The notes beneath the pieces were generated by a model. It was not told the DNA's origin. It saw nothing but the letters and a program-made list of their open reading frames with translations, and made no database searches. Shown here one piece after another: positions 10,201 to 20,164 of a stretch of 64,000 nt of DNA. The position numbers were made by a program, and so were the translations under genes. Source of the DNA: an uncultured Puniceicoccaceae bacterium. GTDB lineage: Bacteria; Verrucomicrobiota; Verrucomicrobiia; Opitutales; Oceanipulchritudinaceae. Within the stretch, counting starts at the first letter, position 1. Every line of letters begins with the position of its first letter. The stretch lies in contig CAWVVV010000001.1 in the NCBI GenBank assembly GCA_963933835.1, forward strand, positions 256,001 to 320,000, written 5' to 3'.

Positions 10201-11313
10201 ATGCCTTTTCAACCAGCGAAACGGTCGATCCTCGATGAAAGCGAAACGAGTCTCAAAGAGTCTCTTAAGGCTTGGGGACTTCCTGCATACCGATGCCAGC
10301 AAATCCTCGATGGCATTTACCGCGGGCAGGCCGCTAGCTTCGACGACTTTAGCTCCTTGCCGAAGAGCCTTCGTCAGAAACTTGCAGAGCAATATGAGTT
10401 TATGCCGACAAAACGCCTGCTCGTCAAAAATCCCGACGGGAACACCGAAAAGCTCCTCCTCGAACTCGAAGATCGAAGCCTGATCGAGACCGTTCTCATT
10501 CGCTACCCACAAACCGGCGTAGGTCAAAGCGAGTCGCGCCGAACGATCTGTGTTTCTAGTCAAGTTGGCTGCGCTTATGGCTGTAAATTCTGTGCCTCGG
10601 GGCTCGCAGGTTGGAAAAGGAATCTCACCCGAAGCGAAATCGTCGCCCAGTTCATCGAAATCAGGGAATGGGAAATCGAGCGTGAGCGGGCTACTCCCGA
10701 AGGCCGCACTCCCTTCGACAACATCGTTTTCATGGGAATGGGTGAGCCTTTAGCCAACTATGATGCCGTTGTCGGCTCGATCCAAACCTTGAACTCAGAA
10801 TGGGGATTCAACTTCGGGGCACGACGCATCACCCTATCCACCTCAGGCCTCGTCCCACAGATTCTAAAATTGGCCAAAGAGCCAATTCAGTTTCGCCTCG
10901 CTATCAGTCTGCATGGGGCAACGAACGCCGTTCGCGAGAAGATCATGCCGATCAACAAACGCTATCCACTCGAGGAATTGATTCCCGCAGCCGAATATTT
11001 CAGCCAGAACCATGGACGCATGCTGACACTTGAATACATCCTCATTGAGGACGTGAACGACTCCTTTGAACAAGCCCACGAACTGGTCAAGATTGCTCGG
11101 CGCCTTCACGCGCACGTTAACTTGATTCCTTACAATAAGGTGGAGGGTCTGCCTTGGAAACGGCCTAATATTATGCGTCAGCAAGCCTTCGGAACGATCC
11201 TCAAAAAGCAGAAGATCTCTTTTACGATCCGGAAGGAAAAAGGGCACGAAATCGATGCAGCCTGTGGTCAGCTCCGTCTGCTAACAGAGAAAGAACGCGG
11301 ACAAGTCGCTTAA
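10201..11313 (+). CDS. rlmN: 23S rRNA/tRNA m2A methyltransferase RlmN
   Basis: CVSSQVGCAYGCKFC radical-SAM motif, FMGMGEPL, IDAACGQL. Confidence 0.96.
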   Translation: MPFQPAKRSILDESETSLKESLKAWGLPAYRCQQILDGIYRGQAASFDDFSSLPKSLRQKLAEQYEFMPTKRLLVKNPDGNTEKLLLELEDRSLIETVLIRYPQTGVGQSESRRTICVSSQVGCAYGCKFCASGLAGWKRNLTRSEIVAQFIEIREWEIERERATPEGRTPFDNIVFMGMGEPLANYDAVVGSIQTLNSEWGFNFGARRITLSTSGLVPQILKLAKEPIQFRLAISLHGATNAVREKIMPINKRYPLEELIPAAEYFSQNHGRMLTLEYILIEDVNDSFEQAHELVKIARRLHAHVNLIPYNKVEGLPWKRPNIMRQQAFGTILKKQKISFTIRKEKGHEIDAACGQLRLLTEKERGQVA

Positions 11314-11378
11314 ACACGTAAATTTGAATTCTTAATTCAGCTTTACATCAATATATCCGTATATATTGATTTGTTATC

Positions 11379-12257
11379 ATGAAGAACCGAGCCATCACTG
11401 ACCTGCTCGCTCAGGACAAACCTACATTGTCGGTAGAATTTTATCCGCCCAAAGACGAAACGGGAGGCGAACTGATCGTTCGCAGTGCGGTCGAAATTGC
11501 TCAAGAAGTGAAGCCCGACTTTGTTTCGATCACTTACGGGGCCGGTGGTTCGACGCGCGAGCGCACCTTTCGCTACGCCAGCAAGCTAAAGGACGAAAAC
11601 AACTTCAATGTCATGCCACACCTGACTTGCGTCGGGTCTTCAAAAGCTGAAATCGTCGATATCGTCGAAGGCTATGTACAAGCAGGCTTTTGTAATCTAA
11701 TGGCCCTCCGGGGGGATCCGCCAAAAGGCGAGACAGAGTTTAAGCCGCACCCAGATGGACTCGCCTACGCGAGTGACCTCATGGCCCTCTTACGCGAGAA
11801 GTTCGCTGGACTTTGCCTCGGTGTAGCGGCGTATCCCGAGGTTCACCCTGAAGCAGCCTCTGCCGAACAAGACCTCAAGCATTTGAAACTGAAGGTCGAT
11901 GCAGGGGCATCCTTCATTACGACACAGCTTTTTTATCGAACTGAGAACTTCGTTCGCTTTGCGGAAAACTGCCGAAGTGCGGGTATCACGATACCGATCG
12001 TTCCAGGACTCATGCCGATCCTCTCCGCAAAAGCCGCCAAACGCTTCTGCTCAGACATCCCAGCCCCCTTACTCGAAGCGTTGAATAAGGCAGGTGATGA
12101 TCCGCAAGCGATTCAGGCAGTCAGTGTTGATTGGACCTTTCGGCAGGTCAACGAGCTCAGTGAGGCCGGCTTTAAGAACGTCCACCTCTACATCATGAAT
12201 AGGAGCGCCATTGCAGTTCCATTGATGAAGAGACTTCAGGACGCCGGCATCTATTAG
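11379..12257 (+). CDS. metF: Methylenetetrahydrofolate reductase
   Basis: SVEFYPPK, SITYGAGGSTR, PHLTC, ALRGDPP, AAYPEVHPEA, ITTQLF. Confidence 0.95.
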   Translation: MKNRAITDLLAQDKPTLSVEFYPPKDETGGELIVRSAVEIAQEVKPDFVSITYGAGGSTRERTFRYASKLKDENNFNVMPHLTCVGSSKAEIVDIVEGYVQAGFCNLMALRGDPPKGETEFKPHPDGLAYASDLMALLREKFAGLCLGVAAYPEVHPEAASAEQDLKHLKLKVDAGASFITTQLFYRTENFVRFAENCRSAGITIPIVPGLMPILSAKAAKRFCSDIPAPLLEALNKAGDDPQAIQAVSVDWTFRQVNELSEAGFKNVHLYIMNRSAIAVPLMKRLQDAGIY

Positions 12258-12359
12258 GACGAGCTGTCCAAACAAAAGGCCCACCGTTCGGGCCTCGTCA
12301 TCTACCTGACTTACCGCGGGCAGCGCTTACCTTTTGCGGCCCCCTTGTAGTTGGGGCAC

Positions 12360-12389
12360 AAAAAAGCCCCTCGGTAAACCGAGGGGCTT
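12360..12389 (-). terminator. Intrinsic terminator after PEP-CTERM gene
   Basis: AAGCCCCTCGGT-aa-ACCGAGGGGCTT inverted repeat with an A-tract on its left. Confidence 0.85.
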
Positions 12390-12418
12390 GAAAGAGAGAT
12401 TTAAATCTAACGCAGGAT

Positions 12419-13192
12419 CTAGCGGCGGCGGCGTGATGTGCCGAGGAGCGTAGCGATAAATCCGAAGCTGATCAGAGCAATGAATGAAGGCTCAGGGATC
12501 GGAGCTGTCACTTGCGTTGGACGAACCGGCTTACTCGGCTTAATATCCGTAAGGAAGTCTACTGGGGTGTAACCACCGTAGGTGTAGACGTCAGGAAATG
12601 TTTCAAACATGCTGATATTCAGAATACCAGAGCTAGTGAGGTCAGCCAAGATAGCGTCGTAGTATGGACCACAACCAAGAAACTCAGCTGTGCCAACAGA
12701 TGCCGCCGGTGGACCGCAGATTAAGCCGAGATCAAAACCAAAGTTGTAGTCGAGGTCGTTAACCATCAGGAGATCATCGCCTGGATTATTAAAACCTTGA
12801 AAGTCGAACATCGTCATTTCGATGTTGATCCCAGCGATACCACCGCCGAAATCAAAAGCATCCCAACCGTAACTTTCGCCGATGATGCCGAGGGCATCAG
12901 CGACACCCGGGATAGGAGTATTTGCGCCACCAGCGTAACCGAACACGCCATTAATGATGTCGCCGCCGCCTGTGCCGTAGTCGAAGAAGCCGTTGTAGAG
13001 TTCTAGAGCAGACAGCTGGGCAACAACGTGCGCACCATTTGTTCCGAGGATTTCGATTACGATTCCAGTGTCTTGGACGATACCGAAAGTATTGAGGTCA
13101 ATCGCGGGGTTGAGCGACGACATGAACTGAGCACTTAAAGGTGCGGAGATTGCAGCGGCCGCAAGCAGACTGACAGTTAGATTTTTCTTCAT
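12419..13192 (-). CDS. PEP-CTERM sorting-domain surface protein
   Basis: Signal peptide MKKNLTVSLLAAAAISAPLSA; C-terminal IPEPS + hydrophobic helix + RRRR. Confidence 0.9.
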   Translation of the reverse strand: MKKNLTVSLLAAAAISAPLSAQFMSSLNPAIDLNTFGIVQDTGIVIEILGTNGAHVVAQLSALELYNGFFDYGTGGGDIINGVFGYAGGANTPIPGVADALGIIGESYGWDAFDFGGGIAGINIEMTMFDFQGFNNPGDDLLMVNDLDYNFGFDLGLICGPPAASVGTAEFLGCGPYYDAILADLTSSGILNISMFETFPDVYTYGGYTPVDFLTDIKPSKPVRPTQVTAPIPEPSFIALISFGFIATLLGTSRRRR

Positions 13193-13320
13193 AGTAGACA
13201 GGATTGAGATGAAAGACTAGTAGTAGACTGTGCAAATTAAGGAATACACCTACAGGGATATCAAAGGGTTTATAAGTATATTCCTGTTAAAAAACCTTAA
13301 TGTTTTTTACATTTAGACCT

Positions 13321-14178
13321 CTAAACCCTGATTCTAGAGCGAAATAGCGTCTTTGTCTGCCAGAGCACAGGCCTGTGCCCAAGGAGCTCGCCCTCGGAAT
13401 CAATTGCACTGACTAGGTATGAGCTAGCGAAGCGAAAGGGGGCGCCTGAAGAGGATCCAAATCCGCCAACGAGCTCCGTTCCTCGGCGCGCAGAATCCTC
13501 CATCCACGCGGGCAACGTCAGGTGATAAGGGTTTCTCCTCACCTCCCCTTCATGCTCAGCCAGTGCCCGAACCAGCTCAGAAACCTCAAGCGGTGTCGCC
13601 TCAACGATGCAGTTTGGCTCAGGCATGGTGGCCCAAAACTCTGATTCAACGTATAATTGAGGTCTTCTATTCAGCGTTTTGATCGCCTCGCGAACGAAAT
13701 TCCCGACCGAAACGTGGGTCGGATGGGCATCTGCTAGATGCGGTGCGAGCACGATTGTGGCTCCTAAATCGTCTAAAACCGCCCCAAAACCTGCGAGGGC
13801 GTCTTCTCTTTGCGCTTCTTTGGATGCACGCAAGAAGCCCCCGCTTAGGTCCTCAAAAGGATACCTACATTCAAAACCAAGGCTGGCACACGAGCACTCA
13901 AGTTCTCCTCGGCGACGCCCATGCTCTTCGAACCGGCTACCTAGGGTCATGGCTAAATTGACTACCCGCCAGCCTTCTTGACGAAGTCTGTAAGGTAAAA
14001 GACCAACGATCGCCTCATCATCTGGGTGCGGTGAACAAATCACTACCACGGGTGCATCCTCGGCGACGGGCGGAAGACTAGGTCGAGCCGACGTGTCTCG
14101 TCCGATCGACTCTGCGGCATCCCGCAAAGCTACGAGTGATTCAATCCAATCGGCGTATGTTTTAGGGGGGGAATTCAC
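13321..14178 (-). CDS. PIG-L/LmbE family deacetylase
   Basis: SPHPDDE metal-binding motif; DAHPTH motif. Confidence 0.88.
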   Translation of the reverse strand: MNSPPKTYADWIESLVALRDAAESIGRDTSARPSLPPVAEDAPVVVICSPHPDDEAIVGLLPYRLRQEGWRVVNLAMTLGSRFEEHGRRRGELECSCASLGFECRYPFEDLSGGFLRASKEAQREDALAGFGAVLDDLGATIVLAPHLADAHPTHVSVGNFVREAIKTLNRRPQLYVESEFWATMPEPNCIVEATPLEVSELVRALAEHEGEVRRNPYHLTLPAWMEDSARRGTELVGGFGSSSGAPFRFASSYLVSAIDSEGELLGHRPVLWQTKTLFRSRIRV

Positions 14179-14196
14179 AGCGGAAATATTCAGCGC

Positions 14197-14691
14197 TTAG
14201 CGATGACGACCGCTCCATGCGCCTAAACCGGAGGCCAAAGCCTGCGCCTCGAGCTCGCCAAAGCGCTCTAGAAATGAATCCGTCCAAATAAGCGGCCGAT
14301 GGTCTTCGGCCGAGATGCGGCAATTTGTCCGAAATCCTCGGGCGTAGAGCCGCTCCTTATCCCCCGACTGAATCGCAAAACCAGTTGTCATCGATCCCGC
14401 GCGGAGTCGCTGGCACCAGAGAACGATCGAAATAGGCACGACACCGTTAATCGAGCTGAGATAATCCGACTCAATCCGACTCACGACATGATACATGTCG
14501 GGAAATTTTTCCCAATCAAAGCGCGGCGCGCCCAACACACTTTCGAACCAAAGCTGCTGAGCACGTTCGACGAAAGTTAGATACTTCGGGTGGTGAACGA
14601 CCATTTGTCCATCGAGGTCATCGTAGTGCGTATCGGTCTGATATAAAAAGCAGCCGAGGGGTAGGCTTGATAAATCTATGGGCTCAATCAT
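14197..14691 (-). CDS. Hot-dog fold acyl-CoA thioesterase (4HBT/YbgC-like)
   Basis: YDDLDGQMVVHHPKYLTFVERA motif. Confidence 0.85.
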   Translation of the reverse strand: MIEPIDLSSLPLGCFLYQTDTHYDDLDGQMVVHHPKYLTFVERAQQLWFESVLGAPRFDWEKFPDMYHVVSRIESDYLSSINGVVPISIVLWCQRLRAGSMTTGFAIQSGDKERLYARGFRTNCRISAEDHRPLIWTDSFLERFGELEAQALASGLGAWSGRHR

Positions 14692-14773
14692 TTCAAAAGT
14701 TCTAGGCTACGTAATGCTAAAGACAGGAACACGGCTCACGCAAGCCACCGAGACAACCAGAAGCAAAAAAGGC

Positions 14774-15766
14774 TCATGTCTTCGCCTTCAAATCTGCGAG
14801 ATACTCGGAAAGACCCACCGAGGTCGGATGTTTTTCAGGTTCGTATCCCAAATCAGCTCGAGCCGCTTCGATAGAAAACCAATGATCTTTTGCTAGCTCC
14901 GTCGCAACGAAGCGCGTCATCGGGGGTTCCCCATCCAGCCGTAGCAATTTCCAAATGAACTCAGCCGTCGCCCCAAGGCAGTAGGCCACCCCAAGGCTCA
15001 ATCTACGCTTTAAGGGCGGAATTCCCACAGCATGGAGAATCTCAGCTACCCAATCCCACAATACAACCGGCTCCCCTTGGGAGAGAAAATACGCCTTCCC
15101 CCCCGCCACTCCTCTTTGAAGCGCGTCCAGCGCCTGCACATGTGCGTCCGCCGCATTGCGAACATGCGTAATGTCTGCCCGGTTTTTGCCCGTTCCTATC
15201 TGGGCGAGGCGTCCTGCTCGAGCACGATCGAGGACGCGGGGCAGCAAGTGTGGATCACCCACACCCCAAATCAAATGCGGCCTCAAGGCACAGGTTTCAA
15301 AACGGGGACCATTCGCCTGCAAAACCATCTGTTCAGCAGTCGCTTTTGTCTCAGCGTAGTGGCAAAGCCAGTTACGTCCGTAAGGCAGTGACTCGTCTTC
15401 TCCTTGGAAGGACTCTCCGGAAAAAACAACGCTCGGCGTACTCGTGTGAACCATCCAACGTACACCGTGTTTACGGCAAGCAGCCAAGACGTTTGCAGTG
15501 CCACCGATGTTAATCGCTTCGTATTCTTCGCGCTTACCCCACACCCCGGCTTTCGCCGCGACGTGGATCACTGCGTCTTTGCCCTCAATGGCGCGCGCCA
15601 CTTCATCAGCATGGGTCAAATTTCCCTGGCAAACGATGACCCCACTCTCAGCTAGGTCATTTGCGGCTGAGCGCTGAAATACAGTCACCTCATCTCCGCG
15701 TTCAAGCAGCGCTTTGACGATATACCTTCCGAGGAAACCTGCCCCGCCTGTCACCAAAATCCGCAT
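14774..15766 (-). CDS. oleD: OleD-like NAD-dependent 2-alkyl-3-oxoalkanoate reductase (3-beta-HSD/extended SDR)
   Basis: TGGAGFLG, HVAAKAGVWG, TSTPSVV, YAETK, LRPHLIWGVGD; lies directly after an oleC-like gene. Confidence 0.8.
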   Translation of the reverse strand: MRILVTGGAGFLGRYIVKALLERGDEVTVFQRSAANDLAESGVIVCQGNLTHADEVARAIEGKDAVIHVAAKAGVWGKREEYEAINIGGTANVLAACRKHGVRWMVHTSTPSVVFSGESFQGEDESLPYGRNWLCHYAETKATAEQMVLQANGPRFETCALRPHLIWGVGDPHLLPRVLDRARAGRLAQIGTGKNRADITHVRNAADAHVQALDALQRGVAGGKAYFLSQGEPVVLWDWVAEILHAVGIPPLKRRLSLGVAYCLGATAEFIWKLLRLDGEPPMTRFVATELAKDHWFSIEAARADLGYEPEKHPTSVGLSEYLADLKAKT

Positions 15767-15769
15767 GCC

Positions 15770-17386
15770 CTACAAAGCTTTCTTTCCCTCGAACTCTTTC
15801 TTCAAGGTCAATCGATGAATCTTCGCATTATGCCTCACATCGACAGGGAAGCCTTTGCTGACAAAGAAATTCTTAATCACTTCCGTATGAGGAAATCGGG
15901 ACGCTTGCTCAATAAGCTCATCCACTCGAAGTGATTTACCATTTTCAAATTCCAGCACGACGGCCGGTATTTGCCTCGGCGCTTGGCCAAGCCCGATTAG
16001 AGCGCTGCGAAAAACACCGGGGAGCTGGTTAAAGACCGCTTCGACCTGATCGGTAAAAAGGACCCCAGTAGTTGTCACCACCTGCTCCACGGCCCGTCCA
16101 CAAAACCAAAGGCGCCCCTCTTTATCAAAATAGCCAAGGTCGCCCATTCGGTGCCAAACGACCCCATCAGGAGAGAGCCACTTGGATTTCGACGTTGCCC
16201 CAGGCAAGCGGTCGTAGGTCTCAGTCACTGAAGGTCCAGTGACGATGACTTCTCCAATTTGCCCCTGCTCTAATTCTTCAAGCTCAGTTGCCCCGTCAAA
16301 GGGTTGCTCTTGAAAGGGCACGATCTTCGCAGACACCTCAGAAACTAAGCGCCCCACACAAGTGCCCTGCCCTGCCCGCGTTCGGTCCCAGGTTGAATCT
16401 AGTACTTCCCGTGCTGAAATCGTGGATACAGGGAGGCATTCCGTCGCTCCGTAGGGCGTATGAACCATTCCATTTGGCAAAAGCCTAGAAAGTCTTTCGA
16501 GAAGTTCTACGGGCGCGGGGGCACCAGCCATAAGAATTCGCCTAATCGATGGCAGCTTCAGGGACTGCGCATCGCAGTAGTCGGCGATACGTTTCCAAAG
16601 AACTGGCGAACCGAAGGAGTTCGTTACTTGGTTTTGCTCAATCGCTTGAACAATCTTGGCTGGATCGACCGTTGCTGGGCGACTCGGATTCATTTCAGGA
16701 ACAACCGTCGTCATACCCATCGCAGGATTAAAGAGCGCAAAGATGGGCAACATCGGGAGATCTACTTCCCCGGGCTCAATACCATACGTGTCCCGGATCA
16801 GCCGAACCTGTGCATCGAACATCCCGTGAGTATATTGCACCCCTTTAGCTGGCCCAGTTGACCCCGAGGTAAAAAGGATGGCAGCGAGCTCATCCGCATC
16901 GGCTTCAGCCATTCCGATATTACCCGCGCAATTCCCAATCGCAGCTTCCCATTTTTTCCCAACGAGGACCCGCGGACCCACGGAGCGAAAGGTTCGACGA
17001 AAAATCTTCGAGAGAGCAACCGCCAGCGGGATCCCAACTAAGGCTTCAGGTTCGGTTCTCTTCACACAGCTCAAAAACCCTTTCAGACCCATGCCGGGGT
17101 CGATCACAACCGGAACCGCGCCCAGCTTGAAGAAAGCGAAGCAAATCTCAATCAAAGGCAAACCAGGCCGAACCATAAGGAGGGTCCGTGTTCCCCTCCT
17201 GACCCCACGCTCAGAAAGGAACTGCGCGGCGCGATTTGACGACGCATCCAGTTCAGCGAAGCTCCGTTCGAGATATCGAATCGTTCCATTCGAACTTCGT
17301 CCTTCAGCAACGCGAAGCGCAGCCTGATGCCCCCTTTCAGAGGCCATCGCATTGAGGAATCGTGCGACGTTAGCGTTGGTATCCAC
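15770..17386 (-). CDS. oleC: OleC-like AMP-dependent ligase (beta-lactone synthetase family)
   Basis: AILFTSGSTGPAKGV, TPYGATECLPVS, WHRMGDLGY, FPVDVRHNAKI motifs. Confidence 0.85.
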   Translation of the reverse strand: MDTNANVARFLNAMASERGHQAALRVAEGRSSNGTIRYLERSFAELDASSNRAAQFLSERGVRRGTRTLLMVRPGLPLIEICFAFFKLGAVPVVIDPGMGLKGFLSCVKRTEPEALVGIPLAVALSKIFRRTFRSVGPRVLVGKKWEAAIGNCAGNIGMAEADADELAAILFTSGSTGPAKGVQYTHGMFDAQVRLIRDTYGIEPGEVDLPMLPIFALFNPAMGMTTVVPEMNPSRPATVDPAKIVQAIEQNQVTNSFGSPVLWKRIADYCDAQSLKLPSIRRILMAGAPAPVELLERLSRLLPNGMVHTPYGATECLPVSTISAREVLDSTWDRTRAGQGTCVGRLVSEVSAKIVPFQEQPFDGATELEELEQGQIGEVIVTGPSVTETYDRLPGATSKSKWLSPDGVVWHRMGDLGYFDKEGRLWFCGRAVEQVVTTTGVLFTDQVEAVFNQLPGVFRSALIGLGQAPRQIPAVVLEFENGKSLRVDELIEQASRFPHTEVIKNFFVSKGFPVDVRHNAKIHRLTLKKEFEGKKAL

Positions 17387-17411
17387 TCAGCAAACGACCG
17401 ACCGTAGAGGC

Positions 17412-17714
17412 CTAGTAATCAGTAAACGAAAGCAACCCCCAAAGAATTTCGACTTTCCGCCCGGTTGGATTCTCGTTCGTCGCGAGTTCACCTTCCGACA
17501 GCGTAGGAGAAACTGAACCGGTTGGCTCGAAAGACTCGTTCTCAACCGACACAATGCCGAGAAAGTTGAAGTCGGAGCCAGGGCCAGAGGCGGTTTCTTC
17601 GGTAGTGGCACAACCAACCATCGATACTGCCACGATCAGAAATGTAAGTCGTAAAAACACGAATATGAGACAAATCCTTAAGCGCATCGTGGCAACGCAA
17701 AAGCGCATGGGCAT
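17412..17714 (-). CDS. Putative small lipoprotein (start uncertain)
   Basis: Hydrophobic stretch ending VSMVGC lipobox-like; C-terminal ILWGLLSFTDY. Confidence 0.55.
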   Translation of the reverse strand: MPMRFCVATMRLRICLIFVFLRLTFLIVAVSMVGCATTEETASGPGSDFNFLGIVSVENESFEPTGSVSPTLSEGELATNENPTGRKVEILWGLLSFTDY

Positions 17715-17729
17715 CGGTCAACCCCTCGC

Positions 17730-18060
17730 CTAAAAGCGCTTTTTCGCACCGATCTGATACATCCGTCCAACGGGAGAATGAAGATAATCGTAACCGATAG
17801 AATCAGCATCCGAAAATGGCGGTTCCTCATCGAACAGATTGATGACCTCAACCGTAAACTACATATCTAAGGCCTCGAAGCCTATCCCAATATCTACCGT
17901 CACAAACGGGTCCACCTCTTCTACCCCGGAGAATGAAGCGAAAAGTTGGTTGTATGGGCCGACATAATTGACAGATCCAAAGGCATCCCAGCGATCCTTC
18001 GTCCAAGTCACCCTTAAATCACCCCTGTATTCAGGAAAAAGATACTCGCCTGATTTCCCT
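17730..18060 (-). pseudogene. TonB-dependent receptor C-terminal remnant with internal stop (absent from ORF track)
   Basis: Manual translation: FPEYRGDLRVTWTKDRWDAFGSVNYVGPY...VDPFVTVDIGIGF..M*FTVEVINLFDEEPPFSD..GYDYLHSPVGRMYQIGAKKRF*; TAG at 17859-17861; no start or plug domain. Confidence 0.8.
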
Positions 18061-18142
18061 TCTAATCTACTTTAGATGCAAAACAAAAATAGGGCTAACG
18101 ATTCAGTCCGTTGCCTGAATAAAAACCCGCCCTTAGCTAACC

Positions 18143-19951
18143 TTAATAGACATCGCGCTGGTAGCGCTTGTCCTTTTTGAGAGCTTTAACGTAGGCCTCA
18201 GCCTCTTCGACCGACTTCCCGCCATGCTCGGCAACGACATCGATCAAGGTTTGATGAACGTCTTTTGCCATCCGCGAGGCGTCTCCACAGACGTAGAAGT
18301 ACGCACCCTGCTCAAGCCAATCATAGAGCTCTTTGCCATGCTCAGCCATGCGATGCTGCACGTAGACCTTCTCAGCACGATCGCGCGAGAAGGCGACATC
18401 CAGCTTCGTCAGGCTTCCTGACTTCAAATATTTCTGCCACTCGGTCTGATAAAGGAAGTCATCCTGGAAGGTCCATTCGCCAAAGAAGAGCCAGCTCTTC
18501 CCTTTCGCACCTGTCTCAGCGCGCTCTTCAACAAAAGCTCGAAACGGAGCGATACCGGTGCCCGGCCCCACCATGATGACGGGAGTCTCGGGATTCTGAG
18601 GCAGTTTAAAGTTTTTGTTCCGGTGGAGAAAGATCGGAATCGCCTCACCTAGCTCAATGCGGTCGGCGAAGTATGTGGAGCAAACTCCGAGACGATCTTT
18701 ACCATGACTGTTATAGCGAACCGATACGATCGTCAGGTGCACCTCACCCGGGTGTGCCGCGATACTCGATGCAATCGAATACAGGCGAGGTGGCTGTTTG
18801 CGAAGCATTTTCAACAACTGATCCAGCGTGAGTGGGGCGGTTGGTGGATACTCAAGGAAGAGATCGCGCAGCTCACGCCCCCACAGCCAATCTTTCGTCT
18901 TCGCTGCGTTAGCATCATCCAAGGCTCCGTCGAGGGCCGTATTCTTCGCCAGCGGAGCATACTTCTTCATCAATGCCTTCGAGAGCGAAGTAATGTCATA
19001 CTCAGCCAAGACCTCTTTTAACGTGAGCTTACTGCCGTCGGCTTCATAAATCTCATCGCCCCGGTATCCCGCCATGCGGATGAAATCGTCAACGACCTCA
19101 GAAGAATTTGTCGCAAAGACGCCTACGACATCACCCGGCTCATAAGACAGTCCGGAATCACCCAAATCGATTTCGATGTGAAGTGTCTCCTTTTTAGAAT
19201 CTGCCCCATTGAGAACGAAGCTTTCCTTCAGGATCGCCTTATACGGGTTCGACTTTGAATAGGACGTGACCGCAGCAGAAACTCCAGCGGGGACCGCCGC
19301 GGTCGTCGCATTTTTGACTCCACTCGCCTCAACCATCGCAGCGATGGCTCCACTCTGCCATTGTGCAAAGGGCTCCTCATAAGCGACATCGCTGTCAACA
19401 CGGTCAAAGATCCGCTTCGCTCCGAGCTCACCGAAGCGCTTATCGATGTCCATACCACATTTGCAAAAATCTGCATAGCTCGTATCGCCTAGAGCGAAGA
19501 CAGCAAAGCGTGTGTTCTCCATTTTTGGCGCCGAGCTACCCATCACCGTTTCATAGAAGTCAGTCGCACCTTCGGGTGGGTCGCCTTCACCCCACGTTGA
19601 GACAACGACGAGGATGTTTTCTTCTTTCTCGAGCTGAGCGACTCCGTAGTCGCCCATGTCGACAAGCTTCGTTTTGAAGCCCTCCGCCTTCGCAGCTGCC
19701 TCTAGTTTTTGGGCGCACCCCTCGGAGTTTCCACTTTCCGAGCCGTAGAGGATCGTGAGTGGAACCTTCGGCGCAGCAGAAGCTGACTGACCGACTGCTG
19801 CTCCACCACTGACTTGGCTAAGGGCACCAAAGTAGCCAATGAGCCATGTCGATTGCGGAGGTGTCAGCGTTGGCAAGAGAGCGGACAAAGCCACCTTTTG
19901 CTCAGGCGTAAAAGGTGCGTTGGCTGGAAGCTCGGTAGGATTATTCGGCAT
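18143..19951 (-). CDS. cysJ: Sulfite reductase flavoprotein subunit (diflavin reductase)
   Basis: ILYGSESGNS and STWGEGDPP (flavodoxin), PRLYSIASS, GVCS, GPGTGIAPFR, YVCGDA, RYQRDVY; CysJ-type N-terminal segment. Confidence 0.9.
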   Translation of the reverse strand: MPNNPTELPANAPFTPEQKVALSALLPTLTPPQSTWLIGYFGALSQVSGGAAVGQSASAAPKVPLTILYGSESGNSEGCAQKLEAAAKAEGFKTKLVDMGDYGVAQLEKEENILVVVSTWGEGDPPEGATDFYETVMGSSAPKMENTRFAVFALGDTSYADFCKCGMDIDKRFGELGAKRIFDRVDSDVAYEEPFAQWQSGAIAAMVEASGVKNATTAAVPAGVSAAVTSYSKSNPYKAILKESFVLNGADSKKETLHIEIDLGDSGLSYEPGDVVGVFATNSSEVVDDFIRMAGYRGDEIYEADGSKLTLKEVLAEYDITSLSKALMKKYAPLAKNTALDGALDDANAAKTKDWLWGRELRDLFLEYPPTAPLTLDQLLKMLRKQPPRLYSIASSIAAHPGEVHLTIVSVRYNSHGKDRLGVCSTYFADRIELGEAIPIFLHRNKNFKLPQNPETPVIMVGPGTGIAPFRAFVEERAETGAKGKSWLFFGEWTFQDDFLYQTEWQKYLKSGSLTKLDVAFSRDRAEKVYVQHRMAEHGKELYDWLEQGAYFYVCGDASRMAKDVHQTLIDVVAEHGGKSVEEAEAYVKALKKDKRYQRDVY

Positions 19952-20164
19952 TTCTAAAATTCAGAGATTAGGCGGGAATGGCCTGAAGTTTCTTATCAAA
20001 AGTGAATCAGTCGACAGCTTTGGGCTGGAGGGAGACCTCGCAGCTCCCGCGATAGACTAAAGTCGACCAGTTTCAGACACGTAGAAAAGGTCGTGCAAGT
20101 GGTATTTTGACCGAAGCAAAAACTCCGACCGCAGGACGCATCGAGCGCTTCGCTCAGTGCTTCT

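Noticed and set aside
7048..17861. In-frame TAG codons (7048, 17859) as stop-codon recoding
   Set aside because: TAG ends intact genes here (ppk1, tatC, metF, leuS), and both cases lie in fragments with other lesions
19990..20050. CTTATCAAAAG...GGAGGGA resembling a SAM-I riboswitch near cysJ
   Set aside because: It is on the strand opposite cysJ and lacks the GCAACC and GGTGC core elements
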